Shown here: positions 35,258 through 44,409 of the stretch, one piece after another
Numbering within the stretch: position 1 is the first letter of the stretch
Layout of the letters: each line of letters opens with the position of its first letter
Origin: Bacteroidota bacterium
Lineage (GTDB): Bacteria; Bacteroidota; Bacteroidia; Bacteroidales; JAADGE01
Assembly (NCBI GenBank): GCA_034659855.1
Contig: JAYEIA010000298.1
Coordinates: 1-54,154 of the forward strand
DNA: 54,154 bases
Direction: 5' to 3'
Notes under the pieces: model-generated
Databases searched by the model: none
What the model was told of the DNA's origin: nothing
Seen by the model: the letters and a program-made list of their open reading frames with translations, nothing else
Program-made: the position numbers and the translations under genes

Positions 35258-38200
35258 TTATACTTTGTTCCCGATGATAATAACGTCATCAATTTGGTTT
35301 TGACTTCCTTTCCAGGCATAAAAGACTTGGTCCAAAATTTTCTGTTGTTCCGGCATTGACTTTTCTTGAATGGACAACAACAGTTGTTTAAATCGTTTGG
35401 TTTTAAATTTTGAGCCGGTTTCTCCGCCAAATTGGTCAACATATCCGTCTGAAAAATTATAGAGAGTATCCCCTTTTTTGAGTTGAAAATGAGTAGAGGT
35501 GAATGCTCTTTCCTTTATGTAGATTCCAATGGGTTGGCGGTTGGCTTTGAGTTCAATAATTGAATAATTGTAGTTGTGGTTTTTAATAAAATCTTCGGCT
35601 TTTTCTTCAGAATCTTTATAAAGCTTAATCGATTGGTCGTTTTCAATGACCTTGTAATCCTCCTCGGAAAAATTGCTGTTATGTCGAATAATATACAATG
35701 GATTGTATGCTCCGGAGAATTGAACCTCATAAGATTCTGAATCAAAAAGATAAAACGAGAGGTCCATACCGTCTTTTTGGTCAGAATCTTTACCCTCCTG
35801 ATGCAATGATTTTTTAATTTTTGACCGCAATCGGTTGAGTATGTCAGCGGCACTGTCCATACTTCGACGGGTAACCAACTCGTTAAAAAACGAACTGCCG
35901 AGCATACTCATAAATGCCCCGGGAACCCCGTGCCCGGTACAGTCTGCTGCAACTACAGCCGTGAAATTTTTGATTTTTTTCATCCAAAAGAAGTCTCCGC
36001 TGACAACTTCATACGGTTTAAAAAGAATAAAGTGTTCGCCCAATATTTCATCAATAGCGTCATCGGAGGGTAACACAGCTCTTTGGATTCTTCGGGCATA
36101 GTTTATACTATCCATGATCTCTTTTCGCTGTTTGTAGGCATAATCTCTCTGTGTTTCAATCTCTTCTTTACTTTTGATAATTTCGGCCGTGCGTTCTTCA
36201 ACCACTTTTTCGAGAGCGATTTTTTCTCTTTCTGAAGCTTTAATTCTGCGATCAACAAAAAATTTGAGAATTGCTCCGATTATTGCGATGTATATAGCTA
36301 TGGCCCACCATCTTCTGTATACCGGAGTCAATATTTCGAAGGCATAATCAGTATTTCCGATGATGTTTCCAAATTCATTTTTAGTTTCTATGAATAGGCG
36401 ATATTTTCGGTCGGGCAAATTTGTAAATCGCCGTTTATTGTCAGCCGTCCATGCTGTGGTGTCTTCGTCAAATCCTTTGAGAAATGTTCTGTATAAGATT
36501 TCTCCTTCGGTAGGGTAGTGCGGGCTGCTGAAAGAAAATTCTTTAGAATTAGCAGAAAAATTAAAAATTTGAGTGTATGTTGAATCAGGATAGAAATGTA
36601 TAAGTGTATCTTTTTTTAGGTTCTTAATTTGAACCAATTGAGGGGCAAAAAGTGATTTATAATCCCTTTCAGTACCGTATTTGTACATTAGGATTGTGTT
36701 TGTTCCGCCAATCCAAATGTTGTTATATACTTTATCGAAATACAAAGATTTCACGGAAAAATTTTTGAAAGGGATAAAGGGCGTTTTATAAATGGTTTGA
36801 CTTTTTATAATAAACATTCCGATATTTTTGCGTTCGCCGTCTGTGAAGAGGAAATTATCTTCGGGCAAACTGAGAATATCCCCTAACCATGAGATTTTTT
36901 TGTTATTTTCGACCAATTCAAAACTATTAAGATTTCTTGTGTTGGGGTTGTACCGAAACAATCCGTCATCAGAGCTGAAGAATGTACTTTCGCCGGATTG
37001 CAATATTTTTAAGGCTGTTACACCGGAGTCGGGTTCTAATCGACGGGTTGTGTTTTCAATTTCATTATACACATATACTTGACCAACAGAGTTCTCAAGA
37101 AAAATAAGCGTTGAATTTTGATCCTCCTTAATGTTTATTATATCTCCTGAAATATTATTTACGGTAAGTATTTTTTTGATTTTTTTATCATGAAAACGTA
37201 GGATGCTGAATTTATCAGTCATCCCGGCGTAGAATGTGTCGGAATTTTTTTTAGATTTCTCAAGACAAAATGTAAATTCGCTAACCCCTGAAGAGCCTGT
37301 GTTTTGGTCTTGTATAAGTTTTATTCCTTTAGTGGTAGCCGCTATTACCGTTTGGTTTATTATAATGTAATCGTGGCAAGCAATATCAAAATCGTTGAAT
37401 CTCTCAAATTTTGTATCTTTTAGAATATACATTCCTTTGTCGGAAGCAACAAGTATGTTTTTTTTATACTTTCCAATCTTATTTATCCGTCCGTTTATTA
37501 TGGTCGTTTCATTATTAAAGTAAGACCAATTACCGGTCAGATCAATTTTTGAAATGCCAAAGTCGGTGGCTACCCACAAGGCATTATCTCTGTCCGTGTA
37601 AAGTGCATTTACAGCATTATTTTGCAGGTTGCTTTTATTGTCTATTACCTTTAATATTTCGCCCGATAAGTCGGCAATTACCACTCCTCCTGTGAGTGTT
37701 CCCAGTGCAATGTATTTATCGTTTATTGCAGTTCCGCAATTTAGAGAGTGCTTTATTGCATATTGGCTGACATCGGCATCAATTGTTTCGATCCGATTGT
37801 TTTCTATACTGAAAAATCCTTGTTTTGAGGTGCCCAATATAAGTTGATCGGTTTGGGGTACGTTAAATAAAAAATTGGCATCTATGATGTGTACGCCGGA
37901 TTTGTTCTGAATTTTTTCAAATTTATTATTTTTATAAATACAGAGTCCGGTTGGTGCACTTTTAGTAGATTGTTCATTTGGTTTAAAGAAAATATATAGT
38001 TTATTGTTAATTAAAAATGAAGATTGTGCCCGGTTTTCGAATTTAACAGAGCGAATCGTTTTATTATTTTTGATGTACAGATATTGTTCTGAAACAAAAT
38101 AGGTTCTATTATTTGCACAATGGGTACCGAAAATATTTTCAGAACGACGGGTCTTATTTATGAGCTTGGCGTATGAGGTGAAATCATTAGAACCGTCCGG

Positions 38201-38533
38201 ATTTTTATTTTTAAGTACGCCTAAATCAAATAATCCTGAAGCATAGACTGTGCCTTTGGAGTCTGTGTCGAGGTCAAGTACTCTCATGCCGGAGGATGTG
38301 GATATTTTGAACCAATTTACACCGTCGAACTTAAGTATACCGGCAAAATTAGCAAAATACATAATACCTTTATGATCCTGAGTAATGGCAAAATTTTGCT
38401 CGTGAGTATTATAGTCTGACGGACTGTAATTTTTAATAAAAGGAATGGCTTTCTCGGCGGAGTAATTTTGTGCTTGAGAATAGATGCTTCCCAAACTAAG
38501 CCAAATGATAAAAATATATTTTAATTTAGACAT
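35258..38533 (-). CDS. Periplasmic beta-propeller/Y_Y_Y sensor fused to a SpoIIE/PP2C Ser/Thr phosphatase (SiaA-like)
   Basis: Signal peptide, propeller repeats (QDHKGIMYFAN, DRDNALWVAT), Y_Y_Y-like FTNLP..KY, TM, then VSGDFFW, DCTGHGVPGA, DGMD, SDGYVDQFGG, IDD. Confidence 0.92.
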   Translation of the reverse strand: MSKLKYIFIIWLSLGSIYSQAQNYSAEKAIPFIKNYSPSDYNTHEQNFAITQDHKGIMYFANFAGILKFDGVNWFKISTSSGMRVLDLDTDSKGTVYASGLFDLGVLKNKNPDGSNDFTSYAKLINKTRRSENIFGTHCANNRTYFVSEQYLYIKNNKTIRSVKFENRAQSSFLINNKLYIFFKPNEQSTKSAPTGLCIYKNNKFEKIQNKSGVHIIDANFLFNVPQTDQLILGTSKQGFFSIENNRIETIDADVSQYAIKHSLNCGTAINDKYIALGTLTGGVVIADLSGEILKVIDNKSNLQNNAVNALYTDRDNALWVATDFGISKIDLTGNWSYFNNETTIINGRINKIGKYKKNILVASDKGMYILKDTKFERFNDFDIACHDYIIINQTVIAATTKGIKLIQDQNTGSSGVSEFTFCLEKSKKNSDTFYAGMTDKFSILRFHDKKIKKILTVNNISGDIINIKEDQNSTLIFLENSVGQVYVYNEIENTTRRLEPDSGVTALKILQSGESTFFSSDDGLFRYNPNTRNLNSFELVENNKKISWLGDILSLPEDNFLFTDGERKNIGMFIIKSQTIYKTPFIPFKNFSVKSLYFDKVYNNIWIGGTNTILMYKYGTERDYKSLFAPQLVQIKNLKKDTLIHFYPDSTYTQIFNFSANSKEFSFSSPHYPTEGEILYRTFLKGFDEDTTAWTADNKRRFTNLPDRKYRLFIETKNEFGNIIGNTDYAFEILTPVYRRWWAIAIYIAIIGAILKFFVDRRIKASEREKIALEKVVEERTAEIIKSKEEIETQRDYAYKQRKEIMDSINYARRIQRAVLPSDDAIDEILGEHFILFKPYEVVSGDFFWMKKIKNFTAVVAADCTGHGVPGAFMSMLGSSFFNELVTRRSMDSAADILNRLRSKIKKSLHQEGKDSDQKDGMDLSFYLFDSESYEVQFSGAYNPLYIIRHNSNFSEEDYKVIENDQSIKLYKDSEEKAEDFIKNHNYNYSIIELKANRQPIGIYIKERAFTSTHFQLKKGDTLYNFSDGYVDQFGGETGSKFKTKRFKQLLLSIQEKSMPEQQKILDQVFYAWKGSQNQIDDVIIIGNKV

Positions 38534-38536
38534 AAA

Positions 38537-41488
38537 TTACCGGATTTCAAATTGTTTTACAAAGTTGGGATATTCTCTGAAAAAATCATTCAGAAAAATT
38601 CTGTTTGTTTCCAATAGAATTGCTGCTGTTGGAGTCGTATATATTTTGTTTTCTTCAGAATTGAAGGCTGTTATCAGTTTTCCGTATTCGAAAGTCATTT
38701 TTTTATCCGCAGAATATATCTCTCCGGTTATTATAGTGTAAAAATTTGTCTCGAGCTTGGGAATAAATTCTTTACCGGCAGTTAATAACAACCGTTTAGA
38801 ATTTTTTGTAAAATGGATAAGATCTGAGAACGTGATATTTGCGAATATAGGAAATTCCATTATCAGTCGAATTAATTCAAAGTCCAAAAGTTCACCTTTA
38901 TCTCCGTTGTATGTAATTTTGTTGTAAATTTCCACAAGCTCCGGGTATCTTATGTTAAATCTGTCAATCTCTGAATCAAGAGCTTCCGGAGCGATGGCTT
39001 TTAAGCTTAAAGCCGAAACTTCTTTAATAATACGGAAAGGATTTAATAGGTTTACTTTAAGGGTTTCTATTGTTTTTTGATGGTTGTAGTTTTGTAAGAG
39101 TTCAATGGCAAGTGTCTTGGCGTATATGCTAATACTTGGGATGCCGGCAAATGCAATATCTATAAGTCGGGGAGCGGGTTTCATATTTTCCTGCGGAGCG
39201 AAAAGCCGGAGTGCTTTTATCGTTTCACGGTTTGAGAAATTATTGAGTATAGGTAATAGAATTTCTTTGTGTGTGTCGTTAAAGACTAAGTCTGCAATTT
39301 CCAAAGCAAAACTTCTTGCGTCATCTTCTTGGGCTTCAGTGTATTTTCTAATTTTGTTAATTGATTGTTTATCGTATAATATAGAAAGAATATCATAAAT
39401 ATATATTTTCTTTTGTATTTTACACTGTTGTAGTTCGCCATGAATTTTTTCCCGTTTGCTTAGGCTTGTCAAATCATTGAGGCAGGCGCAAGCATAAGTG
39501 TAGTCTGCAATGGTTGAATTTAGAATCTGATTTGCAACGGAATTCAATTTTTCGGGTAACTCCGTATTGGTGTGGCTCAGGGCTTTAATTATTCTATTGT
39601 TTACTTCAGCAACCGGATGATTAAAATAGGCAAGTAAAAACTGTTTTGAATGGCTGCTTTCAATACTTTCAAAGATTTTAATGATATCTGTTTGCAGCTT
39701 TATGTTACCTTCATACTTTCTGAAGTAAACCGATAATTGAGGTATTATTTTTTCGCCGACATGAAATATTGCTGAGTAAGCGGCATCTTTTCGGTCGATG
39801 TCCGACAGCATATTCAAGAGCGAACGATAAAATATTTCGTGCTTCGTTTTTCCGGCCGCAATAATTGCATGGTAGCTGACATGGTTGTCACTATCTCTCA
39901 TGAGCCTGTGCAGTATTTTTTCAATTTTGTATATTTTATATTTGTATAAATACTTTGCTGCCAATTTCCTTTTTTCAACATTTTCAGATTTTGAAAAATT
40001 TACCAGTTTATTGAAGCTGTACTCCGTTTTATCTGCGATTTCTGTATTATGATAAGGATAGAGGGTATGCAGAATATGTTCTGTTTTTTGGCTAACAGAA
40101 CCTGTGGCTGATTTAAGTCTTTCAACTAAAATATTAAGAATGATTTTATATTTAGAAGGTTCCTTTGACGTTTCACGTTCCGATAAAATATCTTGAAGTT
40201 CGATTTTGTATTCTTTATGAGTTGCGGAGGCAATTTTAATCCATACCAGCGTAATAAGGAATAAAAACAGAGAAAAAATAACCAAACTTACGCCTTGGAA
40301 CAGGGCAAAACCTAAAATAACTATACCGGCAATTATTCCTCCGTAGGCTTTGGGACCGCTTTCAATAATGTTCTGAAAACGTATGCGTTCTTCTTTGGGT
40401 AAGGGTTGATATAAAATTTGTGTTGCCGGGTCGTTAAATGAGGTTCGTACTGCTCTGGAAAACAGACGCCCCATGGCCACAAAAGAAAAGAATAATGTAG
40501 CCGTACCGTAAAAGAGGCCAAACAAAGAAGCAAAGAAAAAACTTATTGCCAGAACAACAGGGAATGCTAAGAGTCCTAATTTTATTCCGTATTTTGTGAT
40601 TAATTTACCTGATATAAATGTTTTTAAAATAAATTCAATGATTGCACTAATTCCAAAGAAAACTCCGACAAATGCCGTAAGATTATTGGGTTCCGGGAAT
40701 TCTGTTTTCGTTTGAGTTTGAAATATAAAATCGGCAAACATTTGGGCGAAAATTGGAACCAGAGCTATCAGAAAAAATAATCGATAGTATTTGTGCTTTA
40801 GAAATTTTGAACTGCTCTTTTTCTTTTCGGGTCTTTCTTTTTGTTTCCGGGTTTTTACGGATGAAGTTTTCATTAATTCAAACTTCTTTAATATGGTTAC
40901 CATTAAAACAAAGGCCAAGCTTAATGATAAGCCGGATAATATAAGTATGCCTTCGGTTTGAATATGATTAATAAGAAAAGGAACCGAAAAGAAACTGATT
41001 ATTGCGGCAATAACTTCTCCGCCGGATATGAGAGCAAATAATCTTTTTCCCTGTTGAATGGAGAATATACGCCCCAACATACCCCAAAATGTAACGGCAT
41101 GTACATAAGCGAAAATTCGTATCCAAGCATAAATGATAAATACAAGGATGAGCGAGTTTGGCTTTAAATAATAGAGGACTAACAATATCGGCACAGAAAC
41201 GGATAAAAAGGCCAATGCGCTTTTAAGCGTTGCTGTAAAACTAAATTTATTTTGAATTCGGGCGAATAGTTTGCCGGCGAAAATGACTAATATTCCGGCA
41301 ACAATAAAGGATAAAGGAATGAGTTCACGGCTAAAATCCTTATTATTCAATAGCAATGAAGTCGCTCCCGTAACAAAGAACGCAAAGGCAGAGCCGGCAA
41401 AAAATGAATATGCCATGGGGAGTGCAATAATTTTCGACTCTCCTTTCTTTACATTGAGCAACTGCTGTATGTTTGCTTTAATATCCAC
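38537..41488 (-). CDS. NTT/TLC-like MFS transporter fused to HEAT repeats and a degenerate cNMP-binding-like domain
   Basis: About 12 TM helices with FW...QGKRLF and PATQILYQPLP motifs, long helical-repeat region, C-terminal PIFANI...FYTIITGEI. GTG start overlaps the upstream stop. Confidence 0.78.
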   Translation of the reverse strand: MDIKANIQQLLNVKKGESKIIALPMAYSFFAGSAFAFFVTGATSLLLNNKDFSRELIPLSFIVAGILVIFAGKLFARIQNKFSFTATLKSALAFLSVSVPILLVLYYLKPNSLILVFIIYAWIRIFAYVHAVTFWGMLGRIFSIQQGKRLFALISGGEVIAAIISFFSVPFLINHIQTEGILILSGLSLSLAFVLMVTILKKFELMKTSSVKTRKQKERPEKKKSSSKFLKHKYYRLFFLIALVPIFAQMFADFIFQTQTKTEFPEPNNLTAFVGVFFGISAIIEFILKTFISGKLITKYGIKLGLLAFPVVLAISFFFASLFGLFYGTATLFFSFVAMGRLFSRAVRTSFNDPATQILYQPLPKEERIRFQNIIESGPKAYGGIIAGIVILGFALFQGVSLVIFSLFLFLITLVWIKIASATHKEYKIELQDILSERETSKEPSKYKIILNILVERLKSATGSVSQKTEHILHTLYPYHNTEIADKTEYSFNKLVNFSKSENVEKRKLAAKYLYKYKIYKIEKILHRLMRDSDNHVSYHAIIAAGKTKHEIFYRSLLNMLSDIDRKDAAYSAIFHVGEKIIPQLSVYFRKYEGNIKLQTDIIKIFESIESSHSKQFLLAYFNHPVAEVNNRIIKALSHTNTELPEKLNSVANQILNSTIADYTYACACLNDLTSLSKREKIHGELQQCKIQKKIYIYDILSILYDKQSINKIRKYTEAQEDDARSFALEIADLVFNDTHKEILLPILNNFSNRETIKALRLFAPQENMKPAPRLIDIAFAGIPSISIYAKTLAIELLQNYNHQKTIETLKVNLLNPFRIIKEVSALSLKAIAPEALDSEIDRFNIRYPELVEIYNKITYNGDKGELLDFELIRLIMEFPIFANITFSDLIHFTKNSKRLLLTAGKEFIPKLETNFYTIITGEIYSADKKMTFEYGKLITAFNSEENKIYTTPTAAILLETNRIFLNDFFREYPNFVKQFEIR

Positions 41489-42510
41489 TATGAGTTATTT
41501 TGTTTCCGTTTCTTAACTTCAATTAATTTTAATAATCCTCCGGCATCATATATTTTGTTTACAATTAATCCGGTATAGTTTAACAAATTTTCGTATTCTT
41601 TTTTTGTGCGTTCTTGCCCTCCGGTTGTAAGCAACATCGAGAGGTCGGGCAAAATTGTTTCGGGTTTACTTTCGTCAATTAACTGCTCTATAATAAGCAA
41701 ACGTGATTTTTGGTGCATAGCTTCGGAGCAGTTTTTTAAAATTAGGGTGCACTCATCATCTGTCCAGTCGTGCAGAACTTCTTTCATAATATACAAATCA
41801 ATACTTTTAGGAATTGACTCAAAGAAATTTCCGGCTGATAGTTTTATGTCTTTGAGTTCCGACAGTTCGGTCTTTAAGAGTTCATCTATGTTCGATTTTG
41901 AGTCGAAAAGCGTGGCTTTAATCGTTGGGTTTTTCTTGAAAATTTCTTGCAATAATTTACCTTTCCCGCCACCAATATCAGCAATAGATTTGAATGGCTT
42001 AAAATCAAATGACTCCACAATACGTTTTGCGTTGAGTGCTGTTCTTTGGAGCATGACTTCATTGAATAGTTTTTGTGCTTTGGGGTTCTCTTTTAAAAAA
42101 TCAAAGAGTGGCTTACCGTAAACTTTGTCGAAAGCCGGTTTTCCGGATTGAATGCTGTACAAGCTGTTGTCCCATACTTTTCTTTTCCATTCAAAAATCC
42201 ATATAATTACGGCCTGTATTGAATAGGGATTATCAGGAAGTAAAGCTTTTCCGTAGTCGGTTAGTTTGTATGTGTTTATACTTTCTTCAACAATTCCCAT
42301 ACTTTTAGCAAGCCTTAAAAGTCGGTAAAGTGCATTTTTATCCGTGCTGCTGTTTTTTGCCAAAAGCTTCAAGGACATGGGGGCTTTGTTTAGCAGCTGA
42401 GGGATGTCAAGTTTTATCAGTAAATAAAAAATATTGGCATAGCGAGCGTCCAATACCTTGTTCAGTACTTTAACACTGTTTTTGGATTCGAATGCTTGGG
42501 GTTTAATCAT
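41488..42510 (-). CDS. SAM-dependent small-molecule O-methyltransferase (COMT/Methyltransf_2 type)
   Basis: wHTH dimerisation N-terminus (LYRLLR), DIGGGKG, GNFF, VLHDWTD, GGQERT. Confidence 0.92.
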   Translation of the reverse strand: MIKPQAFESKNSVKVLNKVLDARYANIFYLLIKLDIPQLLNKAPMSLKLLAKNSSTDKNALYRLLRLAKSMGIVEESINTYKLTDYGKALLPDNPYSIQAVIIWIFEWKRKVWDNSLYSIQSGKPAFDKVYGKPLFDFLKENPKAQKLFNEVMLQRTALNAKRIVESFDFKPFKSIADIGGGKGKLLQEIFKKNPTIKATLFDSKSNIDELLKTELSELKDIKLSAGNFFESIPKSIDLYIMKEVLHDWTDDECTLILKNCSEAMHQKSRLLIIEQLIDESKPETILPDLSMLLTTGGQERTKKEYENLLNYTGLIVNKIYDAGGLLKLIEVKKRKQNNS

Positions 42511-43189
42511 TCTTTAGTTTATTTTTTGTTTTAATTTTTATACGATAGCCCAATCGAAAGAATGTCATGTAAATATTTTCATTTAAAATGTCCTTGGCTT
42601 CAACCAACATCAGACTAAAATTTGCGGGGAGCTTAAAAAAAACAGACGGCCCTATAAACCAGTGTCCTTCAGAAAATGGAATTCGATCTTCTCCGGCAGA
42701 AAGCGGACGTTCAAATTCCCATTTTCCGTAGCAGAGTATTCCGGCATTAAATTTTTTTGTCACTCGGTATTGTGCAAATTGTACAAGGTAGTAGTGGTTT
42801 TCAGAATTCTCATTTAAACCCCAAAAAAGTCTTTCCTGTATATTCAGAAGTATTTTTTTGTTGAAAAGGGTGGTGTTGTAGTCTAATCGCAAACCTGTCC
42901 AGATGCCGCCGAGCTCATCAAATTTAGAGTAGTTAAAAATTTTGAAACGACCTACATTTGCCCCCAGCATAATATCGGTTCTGCCGATGGCATGTTGTCC
43001 GATATATTCCGAATATTTTTTTGGCAAGATGATATGGTCATCCGGTCGCCAGCGAAATTCCCACGGTTTATTTTCAATATTCAGCCTTATTTCCGGTGAA
43101 ATTTTATACCACATCTCAAAATCAGACTGAGCCTGCACGCTACAAGCTGTGGCAAAAAATAGGGCAACAATTGTTATATTCTTTTTCAT
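42503..43189 (-). CDS. Exported hypothetical protein, probable small outer-membrane beta-barrel
   Basis: Signal peptide ending VQA, aromatic-rich alternating strands (TGLRLDYN, FAQYRV, FFRLGYRI). Confidence 0.6.
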   Translation of the reverse strand: MKKNITIVALFFATACSVQAQSDFEMWYKISPEIRLNIENKPWEFRWRPDDHIILPKKYSEYIGQHAIGRTDIMLGANVGRFKIFNYSKFDELGGIWTGLRLDYNTTLFNKKILLNIQERLFWGLNENSENHYYLVQFAQYRVTKKFNAGILCYGKWEFERPLSAGEDRIPFSEGHWFIGPSVFFKLPANFSLMLVEAKDILNENIYMTFFRLGYRIKIKTKNKLKND

Positions 43190-44403
43190 TTTGCTGTTCG
43201 TTCAAAGAGTTCTTTTAATTCTGTCTTGGGCATAATGGATCGGTTTTTTTTATAAGCGATGGCTTTGATTTTTTTTAGAATATTTTCTGCTTGGCTTTTT
43301 GTCAACTGATAGCCCATTTCTTCAGCCTTATTGTAAATTACTCGTTTACTGGCCAACTGAGTAATGAGAATTGTACGCGGGATATTCAAAATCTTCTGAG
43401 GGTCAAACGGCTGAAAACTGTAGGTATCTATAAAGGGAGTGCCGGTTGATATTGAATTTACTCCCGTTCCTATAATTGGGTCGGTAACTTTTATGGGTAC
43501 TCCGGTATATTTACTCACTTGCTGTGCAATGGAATTTATTTGAAGTAAGTCGGGCTTAGATAAAAACAGTTGTTTTCCGTTAATGCCTGTCCTTTCCAAG
43601 AGTTGTTCGTTTTCGTTTGCAAGGATAAACAGAATAAGTTCGGTGCGTGTCAGTCCGTTTCTTTCGGCCAGCCCCAGCCAAGAGGTCGACGGCAGTCTTA
43701 TTCCTTTTTCTATGGCAGATAAATTATTGACTAGAGAAAAGCCAAAATCGTCATGAAAATGGGAAGAGTAATTAACCGCCGGATCAGAATTGCTTAACAG
43801 TATATCCATAAATTTATCGGCTGCTTTGGGATATATTGCCCCTCGTGTATCTCCAAGTCCGACAGTAGCAACACCAAGCTCCGATAGGACTGACGATGTT
43901 TCAGCAATAAGCTCCGGATCTGAATCAAAAGCTCCGGCGAGTTGAATGTCTATTGGAATGCCTTGGGCAATGTCCAGAGCATACTTTGCAAGCCCCGTTC
44001 CGAGTTCAAAGGCTTGTTTTGGTGTCTTGTGCATCATTAAATCACAAAGTCGCTTTGAGGCAGGCAAAACAAAGGCTATTCTTCCATATTTTGCATTTTT
44101 AATTGTGTCGTATGATAGTTTAATTTCTTCTTTATTACTTCTGCAGTTAATTCCTAAATAACAATTGTCAATATGGTCTGCTACTTCTCTTATGGTTTCT
44201 CTTTCTTCTTTACCGATAGATGTAAATCCTACACCAAATACTAAATGGTCGGGGCCGTTGTTACCGAAAATATTTGCATGGGCCCGGGCTATCTTTATAC
44301 GGTGTTTGGCCGAAAGTATAGTTTTTGCCTGTGCACCGTCCCGAGCCACTTCCTCCCAGAACACCAGGCGGTTATTTTTTAGAGATTCATAAACTCTGTC
44401 CAT
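43186..44403 (-). CDS. LeuA/homocitrate-synthase-like DRE-TIM Claisen-condensing enzyme (no regulatory domain)
   Basis: EEVARDGAQ, GDTRG, HFHDDFG, GLAERNG, PIIG motifs; 405 aa. Confidence 0.8.
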   Translation of the reverse strand: MDRVYESLKNNRLVFWEEVARDGAQAKTILSAKHRIKIARAHANIFGNNGPDHLVFGVGFTSIGKEERETIREVADHIDNCYLGINCRSNKEEIKLSYDTIKNAKYGRIAFVLPASKRLCDLMMHKTPKQAFELGTGLAKYALDIAQGIPIDIQLAGAFDSDPELIAETSSVLSELGVATVGLGDTRGAIYPKAADKFMDILLSNSDPAVNYSSHFHDDFGFSLVNNLSAIEKGIRLPSTSWLGLAERNGLTRTELILFILANENEQLLERTGINGKQLFLSKPDLLQINSIAQQVSKYTGVPIKVTDPIIGTGVNSISTGTPFIDTYSFQPFDPQKILNIPRTILITQLASKRVIYNKAEEMGYQLTKSQAENILKKIKAIAYKKNRSIMPKTELKELFERTAK

Positions 44404-44409
44404 ATTTAA

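Noticed and set aside
43186-44403. Calling this gene leuA or nifV
   Set aside because: Divergent first motif, no regulatory domain and no pathway neighbours; only family-level assignment is supportable.
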